DNA of 64,000 nucleotides from positions 3,264,001 through 3,328,000 of the forward strand of contig OZ244905.1 in NCBI GenBank assembly GCA_965221695.1, written 5' to 3'. The stretch is from Gammaproteobacteria bacterium (GTDB lineage: Bacteria; Pseudomonadota; Gammaproteobacteria; Eutrophobiales; Eutrophobiaceae). The notes below the pieces were generated by a model. The model had not been told where the DNA came from, searched no databases, and worked only from the letters and a program-made list of their open reading frames with translations. The position numbers and the translations under genes were made by a program. This document shows, one piece after another, positions 30,313 through 39,196 of the stretch. Numbering within the stretch: position 1 is the first letter of the stretch; the number at the start of each line of letters is the position of its first letter.

Positions 30313-32577
30313 ATGAGAAAAGTATTGAGTTCTATTTTGTCCGTCTGTGTCTTATCGGCGCCTGTCGCCTCAGAAGTAACAGCAGACGGGTTGATTGAAG
30401 AGGTGGTCGTCACCGCGCGCAAGCGTGAGGAGCGCATTATGGATACGCCACTTTCCGTCAGCGCGCTGTCCACGGCTGATCTGAACCGTTTTCAAGTTGA
30501 TGACCTGGGAGATATACAGAATATTGTCCCTAACCTGAGCTTGAATATGGGTGACGCATCGAATGCGGTGATTTATATCCGCGGGGTGGGACAGAGAGAT
30601 TCCCTGTCCTTTGCCGACCCGGGAGTTGGGGTGTACCTTGACGATGTGTACATGGGGCGGGCGCAGGGCTCGTTTTTGGATGTCATCGATGTTGAGCGTA
30701 TTGAGGTCTTGCGCGGACCGCAGGGTACGTTATACGGACGCAACACGATCGGAGGCGCCATCAAATATGTCTCTGCAGCGCCGACAGACACTCCTTTTCT
30801 TGAACTGGAAGCAGCAGTCGGCAATTACGATGAATACAAGCTGAAAGCAACCTGGAGCGGTCCTGTTGACGATGCCGGCAACCTGCTGGCGCGCCTGTCT
30901 CTTGCCTACCTTACCCATGATGGATATAACGATAATACCTTTAGCGCGGCCGGGGATGATACTGATGGAGACAAGCAGACATTCGCAGGACGTATGCATC
31001 TGCAGTATTCACCGCACGAGGACCTGAGTTTCAACCTGACCCTGGATCACTCAGTCAACGACCCGGAGCGTTCTGTCACCCCGGCCAGGGTGACCAACGG
31101 GCCGACCCTGGTTCAGAATACGGCGGGTTTTCAGCAAACCACTGACCCCTTCAGCGTCGAGGCAAATTTCAACGATGTCGAGCAACTGAAAGTGCAAGGT
31201 ATCGGTCTTACTGTGGATTATCAGGTCACGGATGCGCTGCAACTAAAATCCATTACCTCGTTCCGACAACTGGAACATGAAACACATATCGATCTTGACG
31301 GCACCGGGTTTGAGATTTTCGGTGTTTTTGTTGACCAGGACCAGGAACAGTTCAGCGAAGAATTGCAACTGTCATATGATGCCGGCGGCGCCATTAAGGC
31401 CTTGGCCGGGGTCTATTATTTTTCCGAGGATGATGTCACGCCTGACGGGATTAGCAATACCGAGCCAATCGATTTGACCGCCGGCGCCGGCCTGTTTTAT
31501 TCTCCTTACGGGACGGTCAGTGAAAACGATCAGTCAGTGGAGGCGGTTGCCGTCTTTGGTGAAGTATCCTGGTTTGTCACCAGTGCGTTGGAGCTTACCG
31601 TGGGAGCGCGTTACACACATGAGTCAAAAGACCTGAAACGCAAGGCTTGCCAGGCATTTGGAGCGCTGGGGATGGTTTTGCCGGGCATAGACGATTGCAA
31701 CCCAGCCGCGGGAGCTGCAAATCCGTTTGCGCTAAATATCGATTTGGATGAAGATTTCAGCAAGGTCACGCCCAAAGTGGGCATCAGCTACAACTTCAGT
31801 GAGGCGGGCTTGGCCTATTTCACTTATTCCCGAGGGTTCAAGAGCGGCGGGTTTGATGGTCGTATCGGATACAATGGCGCTAGTGATGACAGCGCAGTTA
31901 CCACCCAGGCGCTGCCGTATGATCCTGAAATTGCAGACACCTTTGAAATCGGCTGGAAATCGAGTCTTGCGGACGGGAAATTGCGTCTCAGCGCCGCTGC
32001 ATTCTACAATGACTACCAGGACTTGCAACTGAGCAGCTTTTCGGCAACCGCAAGCGGCGGGTTTGCGACGGTGTTCACGAATGCCGGCAAGGCTGAAAAC
32101 TGGGGATTTGAAGCCGAATTACTTGCCAACCCGACGCCGAATTTTCTGGCAAGCCTCAGTATTGGTTATCTTGAGTCGGAATACGAAGAGTTTATCAATA
32201 GCGCAAACGAAGATGTCAGTGACATGTTGACTCCTATTAACTCCCCTGAATTAACGGGCAACCTGGGCGTACAATACCGCCATCCGCTGGGTTTTGCGCA
32301 TTTGGTCCTGGGCGCGGATATCAGTTACCGATCCGATTATTTCGTGGACATCAATAACCTGGATGCCCTGGAACAGGATGATTTTGCGCTGGTTAACGCA
32401 TCGATCGGCCTGGAGGATGAAAACGGCAAATGGCACGTGTCTTTCAGCGCAAAAAACCTGACAGATGAAGAGTATATCACCCATGGTTTTGACCTGACGG
32501 CATTTCCGGGCATAGGGCTGGCATATTTCGGACAGCCGCTTACTTACCGGTTTCAGGCACGCTACCGTTTTTTCTAA
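30313..32577 (+). CDS. TonB-dependent receptor
   Basis: IEEVVVTARKREE, ERIEVLRGPQGTLYGRNTIGGAI, YSRGFKSGG, C-terminal Phe. Confidence 0.95.
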   Translation: MRKVLSSILSVCVLSAPVASEVTADGLIEEVVVTARKREERIMDTPLSVSALSTADLNRFQVDDLGDIQNIVPNLSLNMGDASNAVIYIRGVGQRDSLSFADPGVGVYLDDVYMGRAQGSFLDVIDVERIEVLRGPQGTLYGRNTIGGAIKYVSAAPTDTPFLELEAAVGNYDEYKLKATWSGPVDDAGNLLARLSLAYLTHDGYNDNTFSAAGDDTDGDKQTFAGRMHLQYSPHEDLSFNLTLDHSVNDPERSVTPARVTNGPTLVQNTAGFQQTTDPFSVEANFNDVEQLKVQGIGLTVDYQVTDALQLKSITSFRQLEHETHIDLDGTGFEIFGVFVDQDQEQFSEELQLSYDAGGAIKALAGVYYFSEDDVTPDGISNTEPIDLTAGAGLFYSPYGTVSENDQSVEAVAVFGEVSWFVTSALELTVGARYTHESKDLKRKACQAFGALGMVLPGIDDCNPAAGAANPFALNIDLDEDFSKVTPKVGISYNFSEAGLAYFTYSRGFKSGGFDGRIGYNGASDDSAVTTQALPYDPEIADTFEIGWKSSLADGKLRLSAAAFYNDYQDLQLSSFSATASGGFATVFTNAGKAENWGFEAELLANPTPNFLASLSIGYLESEYEEFINSANEDVSDMLTPINSPELTGNLGVQYRHPLGFAHLVLGADISYRSDYFVDINNLDALEQDDFALVNASIGLEDENGKWHVSFSAKNLTDEEYITHGFDLTAFPGIGLAYFGQPLTYRFQARYRFF

Positions 32578-32662
32578 GATTCTGGTTATACAGATTATTG
32601 CTTCATGGCCTATCTGTGTATCATTGAGACGGGATGCCCATAATCTATTCTAAGGAACGCTG

Positions 32663-34243
32663 TTGGACGTTTTCAGTGGAAATCTGACTGATCTTGCGGG
32701 ACGTCGGGCTTTGTATTCGCCGGACCGGATTGCGTTTGTCGATTTTAGACATGGCAAACGCACCGAGTACAGTTTCCGATATTTCAACGAAAGAGCGAAC
32801 CGACTCGCGGCCTGGTTTAGCGCTATGGACGCTGTTCGGGGAGACCGGGTTGCAGTGTTGGCGGACAACGGCATTGAGCACTTGGAATGTTGTTTTGCCA
32901 GTTGGAAACTCGGCGTGATTCATGTGCCGCTTAACTGGCGAGCCAGCGCTGCTGAGTTGGCGCATTTTCTGCAAACCACCATGCCGAAATGCATCATTGT
33001 TCAGGAAAAATTCCAGGACTTACTCAACAGGGCCACAACAACCTGTCAATCCGCTACCTCAATGCAAATCGTCACTATCAGCGAAAACGCAGGCTGCGAC
33101 TATGAAGCCATCATCTCCGGAACTGAGCAATGCCCTGCATTCCCGAGTCCGGCGAAGACAAAGCCGGAAGATACGGCCGTCATATTATTCACCGGCGGGA
33201 CCACCGGGCATCCTAAAGCAGTGTGTATCAGTCACCAAAATATTGCCTGGAATACATTGAATACCACTATTCACGATATCAGGGAGGATGATCGGTGTTT
33301 AAATGTATTGCCCTTATTTCATACAGGCGGCCTCCTGGTTTATACGATACCGCTGTTTGTATTGGGCGGTACAACCGTATTATTAAGGAGTTTTGATGCG
33401 GATGAGACCTTAAACAAGCTGGAAGAGGAAAAGGTTACTGTATTCCTGTCCGTACCGACGATTTATCGTATGTTGTCGGAATGTGTCGGTTGGCAGACAG
33501 CAGAGCTGAGTAGCTTGCGATTTTGCACCTCTGGCGGCGCGACATTACCTCTGGGTTTGATCAAACGTTACGAAACCGACAAAGGAATCTGTTTCAAGCA
33601 GGGTTTCGGTATGACGGAGTTCGGGCCGGGGGTGTTCGCTTTGTCTCCTCTGGATGCGCAGCGCAAGGCTGGGTCCATAGGCAAACCGAATTTTTTTGTG
33701 CAAGCCCGGATAACCGATGCGGGTCGGGAGCGCCAGGAAAATCATGAAGGCGAGTTATTATTGAAAGGGCCGTCCTGTTGCAGCGGATATTTTACCGCTG
33801 ATGGCCGGATACTCGAAGCCGTTGATGAAGATGGCTGGTTGCATACGGGTGATGTGGCGCGCCGTGATCAAGAAGGATTTTATTATATTGTCGGGCGCAA
33901 AAAAGATATGTTTATCAGTGGCGGTGAGAACGTCTATCCGTATGAGATTGAGCAGGCCGCGCTGGCTTATGCAGGAGTACGTTACTGTGCCGTGGTCGGT
34001 CTACCTGACGAACAATGGGGCGAAGCAGGCCACCTGGCGCTGGTACCGGAAGAACCTGCGACAGACTTTGACGCCGATGGAATGTTGAGCTTTCTTCAGC
34101 AGCGGCTGGCGCGTTATAAAATACCCAGGAAAGTGCATGTCCTGCCGGAATTGCCGATGACCGCTGCGGGAAAAGTCATGAAGCAGGAATTGAAACAGAA
34201 ACTACAGGCGCTGCAAGCTGATGCCGATTGCCAGGATCGTTGA
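32663..34243 (+). CDS. Acyl-CoA synthetase (AMP-forming, long-chain fatty acid--CoA ligase-like)
   Basis: FTGGTTGHPK, QGFGMTE, WLHTGD, GRKKDMFISGGENVYP, LARYKIP. Confidence 0.93.
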   Translation: MDVFSGNLTDLAGRRALYSPDRIAFVDFRHGKRTEYSFRYFNERANRLAAWFSAMDAVRGDRVAVLADNGIEHLECCFASWKLGVIHVPLNWRASAAELAHFLQTTMPKCIIVQEKFQDLLNRATTTCQSATSMQIVTISENAGCDYEAIISGTEQCPAFPSPAKTKPEDTAVILFTGGTTGHPKAVCISHQNIAWNTLNTTIHDIREDDRCLNVLPLFHTGGLLVYTIPLFVLGGTTVLLRSFDADETLNKLEEEKVTVFLSVPTIYRMLSECVGWQTAELSSLRFCTSGGATLPLGLIKRYETDKGICFKQGFGMTEFGPGVFALSPLDAQRKAGSIGKPNFFVQARITDAGRERQENHEGELLLKGPSCCSGYFTADGRILEAVDEDGWLHTGDVARRDQEGFYYIVGRKKDMFISGGENVYPYEIEQAALAYAGVRYCAVVGLPDEQWGEAGHLALVPEEPATDFDADGMLSFLQQRLARYKIPRKVHVLPELPMTAAGKVMKQELKQKLQALQADADCQDR

Positions 34244-35255
34244 AACGCCGCGCATAAAATTCAAGGTCCTGACCAGCGGCGAACCGGCAGAGGAGACGGT
34301 CGTGTTTATTCATGGCAACCTGTCGTCCTCCGTCTTTTGGGAACAGACGATGTCTGCATTGCGGGATGACTTTTTCTGTATCGCGCCTGATCTTCGCGGC
34401 TTTGGCGGCACGGAGCCTTTGAAAGTGGACGCTACACTGGGTCTGGACGATATGGCAGAAGACATTCTTGCCTTGGTCGACTTTCTGAAAGTGTCCAAAT
34501 TTCACCTGGTAGGACACAGTATGGGGGGCGGAGTGGTGATGAAACTGCTGCTGTTACGACCGCAGGATATCAGTAGTGTAACCCTGGTTAATACGATTTC
34601 TCCTTATGGCTATGCCGGTTCAATTGACGATAAGGGGACGCCTTGTTATGCGGACGGGTCGCCGGGAGGAGCCGGGTTTGTCAACCCTGAATTGGTACGG
34701 CGTCTGGCCATCAGAGATAGGAGCAAGGAAAATTCCCTGTCGCCACGTAACGTTCTTGAGAAATTGTATTTCAAACCCCCTTTTGTTCCGAACGATATCG
34801 ATAAATTATTGGATGCTGTCCTGTCCACGCGTATCGGTGACGATTGGTATCCTGGGAACACGATGGAATCATCGTTTTGGCCTGGTCCTGCGCCAGGCGA
34901 GCGCGGCATCGTCAATGCATTTTCCCGACGTTATTTTGATGCTTCCGGCATCGTATACATTTCACCCAAGCCACCCCTGCTGTGGCTGCGCGGCGCGGAT
35001 GACACGATCATTTGTGATGAAGATGAATTAAGGAATTCCGATGTAAAACAAGCAAATCGTAGGCAGGCAGCATATCCTCCACAACCTATGCTACGCCAGA
35101 TTCGCGCTGTGCTTTCGGACTATCGCAGGCATGGCGGGGTTTTTATTGAGCATGTCATCAAAGCAGCCGGACATACGCCTTTTTTGGAGAAACCCGCTGA
35201 ATTCAACCGGACATTCCTGAATTTTACGCGTCTCGGTTCGCGAAACCCGACTTAA
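34221..35255 (+). CDS. Alpha/beta hydrolase
   Basis: HGNLSS, PDLRGFG, GHSMGG nucleophile elbow, AGHTPFLE. Confidence 0.92.
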   Translation: MPIARIVETPRIKFKVLTSGEPAEETVVFIHGNLSSSVFWEQTMSALRDDFFCIAPDLRGFGGTEPLKVDATLGLDDMAEDILALVDFLKVSKFHLVGHSMGGGVVMKLLLLRPQDISSVTLVNTISPYGYAGSIDDKGTPCYADGSPGGAGFVNPELVRRLAIRDRSKENSLSPRNVLEKLYFKPPFVPNDIDKLLDAVLSTRIGDDWYPGNTMESSFWPGPAPGERGIVNAFSRRYFDASGIVYISPKPPLLWLRGADDTIICDEDELRNSDVKQANRRQAAYPPQPMLRQIRAVLSDYRRHGGVFIEHVIKAAGHTPFLEKPAEFNRTFLNFTRLGSRNPT

Positions 35256-35260
35256 GTTAG

Positions 35261-35413
35261 GGAACCTCTGATTAAGTCTCAGAGGTTCCTGCGATACAGG
35301 GATGTATCGCCAAATTCGATGACGATAAGTCATTGAATTTGAGAGCAAAACAAAAATCGCATTTTTGTTTTGCGTGCTCTGACAAGTCCAGGATGGACTT
35401 GTTCAGAGCTTCC
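35261..35413 (+). mobile_element. 153-bp MITE-like element with IS5-like termini, TTAG target duplication and five internal hairpins
   Basis: Left end GGAACCTCTGATTAAGTC versus right end (reverse complement) GGAAGCTCTGAACAAGTC, 15/18 identical; TTAG at 35257-35260 and 35414-35417. Confidence 0.85.
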
Positions 35414-35437
35414 TTAGAACTTTCTGAGATATCCGGG

Positions 35438-35794
35438 TTAAGGGCCAAGCCTGCCCTTACGTACCCGGGAACCGGTTTCAGATAGGCCGTAATGCTTGCT
35501 GAGGTAATCGAGAATATCCCATTCAGCTTCTCCCAGGTCCCATAAGCCGTGCTCGGCCTGCATCAGGCGGATGGTATCTTCCCAGCCGCTTCGGTCCATC
35601 CTGTTCTGGGTCACGAGTTTGGCCGAATGGCAGGCCGCGCAATGCACGTTGGTGAGTTCCCAACCTTTATCGATAATGAAGCCGCTGACTTCATCTAAGG
35701 GTTTGTCTTCGGCAACAGAAGCGCAGGGGGCTGCCAGCACGCAAATGATTGGCAGTATCGCGGTTAAACCACGTAGACGGCGATGCGGTGGCAT
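35438..35794 (-). CDS. Small periplasmic monoheme cytochrome c, partner of the sulfite dehydrogenase
   Basis: Signal peptide, CAACH, W..TI..MQ..HGLW; overlaps the 3' end of the molybdoenzyme gene. Confidence 0.88.
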   Translation of the reverse strand: MPPHRRLRGLTAILPIICVLAAPCASVAEDKPLDEVSGFIIDKGWELTNVHCAACHSAKLVTQNRMDRSGWEDTIRLMQAEHGLWDLGEAEWDILDYLSKHYGLSETGSRVRKGRLGP

Positions 35795-37065
35795 GAATTG
35801 TTCAGGTATCCCTTGGGGTTCCAGCCAGGAATGACCATGGGTTGCGATATGCCACCGGCATCCACTGCCCGCGCCCAGACCTCGTAATAGCCCGCGGCGG
35901 GAAATCTTACCTGCGAGTCCCAGTGTTGCCAGGCCAGGCGGTTCGCGGGACGTTGCAATTCAGACCGGCGCCAGGTGCGTCCGAAATCGATGGAGATGTG
36001 CAATTCGGCGACTTCTGCGTTGCCTGCCCAGGCGTGACCGCGCAGCGCCAGCGGCTGTTGCAGCGGGATTGTCAGGCCGCTACGGGGGGCGGTAATCAGT
36101 GACTTGACCGGCATGGATTCGATGATGCACATGTCTTCATCAGCGACTTTTGTCCCCGGCGCGACAGGATTGCAGGGCATGCGGTAGGACTTGCCCGTCA
36201 TTTTCGGGCCGTCATGCACAATGTTGCGTACTGCGATTCGAGTCAGCCACTTCCCTGAGGTCGAGCCCGGCCAGCCACCGAATACCAGGCGCAGCGGATG
36301 GCCGTTCATCGGGTGCAACGGTTCACCATTCATGCCCCAGGCTATCAGGGATTCCTCTTCCAGCGCCTTGCTGACGGGCACGCCGCGGGAGATGGGGATT
36401 TTCCCCGGTTGCCGGCTCAAGTGGACATCGGCGCCGTAATACGCGACATATACGGCATCGTCTTTGATACCGGCATCTTCCAGCACATCCCGAAGGCGCA
36501 CGCCGTTCCATTGCGGACAACCCACCGCGCCCAGGGTCCACTGGTTGCCGGAAGCAGGGGGGTCAAATTCGGCCCTGCCGTTACCGCCGCATTCCAGGGT
36601 CAGTTGCAGGGTCCGGCTGAGGAATCGCCGCTTGAGCTCTGATATGCTGTAGGTCTTCGTTGTTGCGGCCGATTCGCCGTCCACGGTCAGGGTCCAGGTA
36701 TCGGCATCGACGTTCTCGGGTGGAAAGCCGTTGTTTCGGATAAACAGCCGTTCCACGGGCGTGACGTCATCATTCAGCAAATGGGCCGGTGTTTCCGCAT
36801 TCAGCGGACGGTCGTTCAACACCCGCAAGCCGTTTTTTCCTTCTATGACGAACGGCTCTTCCGAATCGGCGAATACCGCGGGTATCAGACCGGCAGGCAT
36901 ATTGTGGTGGAAAACAACGTTTGCTCCTATGATGCCGGAAAAGCCCGCCAACCCTTTGATGAAACCGCGCCGGGAGAACCTATCAGAACGTCTGCCCCAT
37001 ACCAGGAAATCGGCTCTTTCCGGGTCCATTCTGAACAATTCATGGATGCCAGCTTCTTTTTTCAT
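35764..37065 (-). CDS. Sulfite oxidase family molybdoenzyme (SorA/SorT-like), Tat-exported
   Basis: SRRGFIKG twin-arginine motif, RPLNAETP, FIRNNG, LECGGNGR (Mo-ligand Cys), GHPLRLV.GGWPGS.SGKWL, WNPKGYLNN. Confidence 0.92.
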   Translation of the reverse strand: MKKEAGIHELFRMDPERADFLVWGRRSDRFSRRGFIKGLAGFSGIIGANVVFHHNMPAGLIPAVFADSEEPFVIEGKNGLRVLNDRPLNAETPAHLLNDDVTPVERLFIRNNGFPPENVDADTWTLTVDGESAATTKTYSISELKRRFLSRTLQLTLECGGNGRAEFDPPASGNQWTLGAVGCPQWNGVRLRDVLEDAGIKDDAVYVAYYGADVHLSRQPGKIPISRGVPVSKALEEESLIAWGMNGEPLHPMNGHPLRLVFGGWPGSTSGKWLTRIAVRNIVHDGPKMTGKSYRMPCNPVAPGTKVADEDMCIIESMPVKSLITAPRSGLTIPLQQPLALRGHAWAGNAEVAELHISIDFGRTWRRSELQRPANRLAWQHWDSQVRFPAAGYYEVWARAVDAGGISQPMVIPGWNPKGYLNNSCHRIAVYVV

Positions 37066-37153
37066 TGCTCGTTCTCAAAGAGTCGTCATTCAAACGACAT
37101 GGTATTTGAGTTAACTCCCGTCTGCGCGGGATTGGTGTGGAGAGCTTCGGGTT

Positions 37154-37180
37154 CCTTGGAAGCGCGGGCGTCTCGCCTGC
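37154..37180. repeat. REP-like hairpin
   Basis: CCTTGGAAGCGCGGGCGTCTCGCCTGC; single copy in the window. Confidence 0.35.
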
Positions 37181-37317
37181 GTGTGCCGGCCCGCCATATT
37201 CATACATGTTATCAGCGTTCATCTGCGAATTAAAATTGGCCTTTCACAAAATCGCTTACAATTGCATAATAGTATATTTTAAATCCGGGTTAAACTTCCT
37301 CAGGAGGGGAGTCAACC

Positions 37318-37773
37318 ATGAATAATCCAAGAATGCCGTCAAATGTGCCTGATTTTGTTACCGACCACCTGAGCCGTTATATGAACAGTGGCGGCAAGGA
37401 TGGACACCTGTGGGATTCTACAGGGATGGGCGATCATGGTGACATACCCACCCTGCTGTTGACTACGGTCGGGAGAAGGACCGGACAAACTATCATTACC
37501 CCGCTGATATACGGCAACGCCGGTGGAGCTTATGTGGTCGTGGCCTCAAAAGGTGGAGCGCCCATCCATCCGCACTGGTATCTGAACCTGGAGGCAAATC
37601 CGGATGTCCAGGTACAGATAATGACCGAGCGCTTCCATGCCCGAGCCAGAACGGCCGCCGGAGAAGAACGCGCTAAACTCTGGGATTTGATGATATCGGT
37701 CTACCCGACCTACACGCAGTTGCAGGGCAGGACTGAACGTGAGATCCCGGTTGTAGTCCTGGAAAAGGTATAA
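37318..37773 (+). CDS. Deazaflavin (F420H2)-dependent nitroreductase family protein (Ddn-like)
   Basis: TLLLTTVGRRTGQ..TPL, VVASKGGAP.HPHWYLNLEANP, REIPVVVLE. Confidence 0.92.
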   Translation: MNNPRMPSNVPDFVTDHLSRYMNSGGKDGHLWDSTGMGDHGDIPTLLLTTVGRRTGQTIITPLIYGNAGGAYVVVASKGGAPIHPHWYLNLEANPDVQVQIMTERFHARARTAAGEERAKLWDLMISVYPTYTQLQGRTEREIPVVVLEKV

Positions 37774-37810
37774 AGTTGCGCGCGCGACGGACCGTTAGTG
37801 CGACAACATC

Positions 37811-38890
37811 ATGACTCGCCCGGTAAAAGCCTATATCGATACCCGGGCCTTGCGCCGCAACTATCAGCTTGCTTGCGCTCTCACGCCCGGTTCCCGCAAT
37901 ATGGCCGTAGTGAAAGCCAATGCTTATGGGCATGGCGCGGCAATTATCGCTCAGGCATTGGATGATCTGGCGCCTGCTTTTGCAGTGGCCGGTGTGGATG
38001 AGGCGCTTGAGTTGCGGGATGCAGGGATCAGCAAGCCTGTACTGTTGCTGGAAGGACCGTTCGCGCCGGATGAGGTAAGCATTGCGCAAGAACAGGGATT
38101 TTGGTTGATGATCTGCTGCAGAGAGCAGGTTGAGGTGATTTGCCGGGCCGATATCAGGAACCCGTTAACGGTCTGGCTCAAGATTGACTCCGGTATGCAC
38201 CGGTTAGGGATCGCCGAAGATGAGTTTTGCGCCTGTCTTGCGGCGCTTTCGGCAAGCCCGAATACCTTGCCCGGTATCATACTATCCACTCATCTGGCGG
38301 ATGCGCACAATGTATCCGGGCAGAAAACTCCCGCACAGGTCAGCTTTTTTCAGCGTCTGGTTTCAGGTCTGGACAATCCGCTAAGCATCGCCAATTCAGC
38401 CGGCATCCTGTGCTGGCCCGCTACTCACGGAGACTGGAATCGTCCGGGCCTCATGCTTTACGGCGCATCGCCTTTTCCACACCCCCAGGAAAATGCAGAC
38501 CGGTTGGAACCGGTCATGACGCTACAATCCGCCGTGATTGCCGTACGCAAGATTGCAGCCGGCGAATCAGTCGGTTATGGCAGCCGCTGGGTTGCGCAGC
38601 GGCCTTCAGTCATTGCCACTGCCAGCGTCGGCTACGGCGATGGCTATCCCAGGAGTGCGGTTGACGGCGCTCCCGTGTTGGTGAATGGAAAAAAAGCGCG
38701 CCTTGCCGGCAGCGTGTCCATGGACATGATCACGCTTGATGTCACCGACTTGGAAGATGTAAAGATCGGCGACCCAGTTGAATTATGGGGCAAATCATTG
38801 CCTCTCGGCGATCTGGCCCGATATGCCGATGCCATCTGCCATGAACTCCTCACCCGCGTGTCTGTGCGGGTACCCAGAGTCCCGGTGTAA
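37811..38890 (+). CDS. alr: Alanine racemase
   Basis: AVVKANAYGHG, KIDSGMHRLG, RPGLMLYG, GESVGYG, GYGDGYPR, VSMDM. Confidence 0.95.
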   Translation: MTRPVKAYIDTRALRRNYQLACALTPGSRNMAVVKANAYGHGAAIIAQALDDLAPAFAVAGVDEALELRDAGISKPVLLLEGPFAPDEVSIAQEQGFWLMICCREQVEVICRADIRNPLTVWLKIDSGMHRLGIAEDEFCACLAALSASPNTLPGIILSTHLADAHNVSGQKTPAQVSFFQRLVSGLDNPLSIANSAGILCWPATHGDWNRPGLMLYGASPFPHPQENADRLEPVMTLQSAVIAVRKIAAGESVGYGSRWVAQRPSVIATASVGYGDGYPRSAVDGAPVLVNGKKARLAGSVSMDMITLDVTDLEDVKIGDPVELWGKSLPLGDLARYADAICHELLTRVSVRVPRVPV

Positions 38891-39061
38891 ACAGGTTGTC
38901 TGCGCGCCTGTGTCTCCGCTTGTCTTCTTCAGAACGCATGTGTTCCGCCCGCGCTTTCAGGGGAAGCGGCATGAAAAAAGTATGCTTCTTCTCGGAGAGT
39001 TGCCATCTGGGTGTTACAAGCCTGATCCGTACTATGTATCTGTGTTAATATGTCGCTGCGG

Positions 39062-39163
39062 CCTGCGCCGGTCTCCCCGCGGCGCGAAGTTGTGAACCCC
39101 GTCAGGCCCGAAAGGGAGCAGCGGTAACAATGGATGCGGGCGCCGGGCCAAGAACGGCGCAGG
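39062..39163 (+). ncRNA. ffs: Signal recognition particle RNA (4.5S)
   Basis: Domain IV core GTCAGGCCCGAAAGGGAGCAGC; terminal stem CCTGCGCCG/CGGCGCAGG; usual position upstream of dnaX. Confidence 0.93.
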
Positions 39164-39196
39164 ACGTTATATCCGGGCAAGCTTCAGGAGTATGAA

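Noticed and set aside
32650-32663. CTAAGGAACGCTGT as another miniature-element end
   Set aside because: Too short and degenerate, with no partner end.
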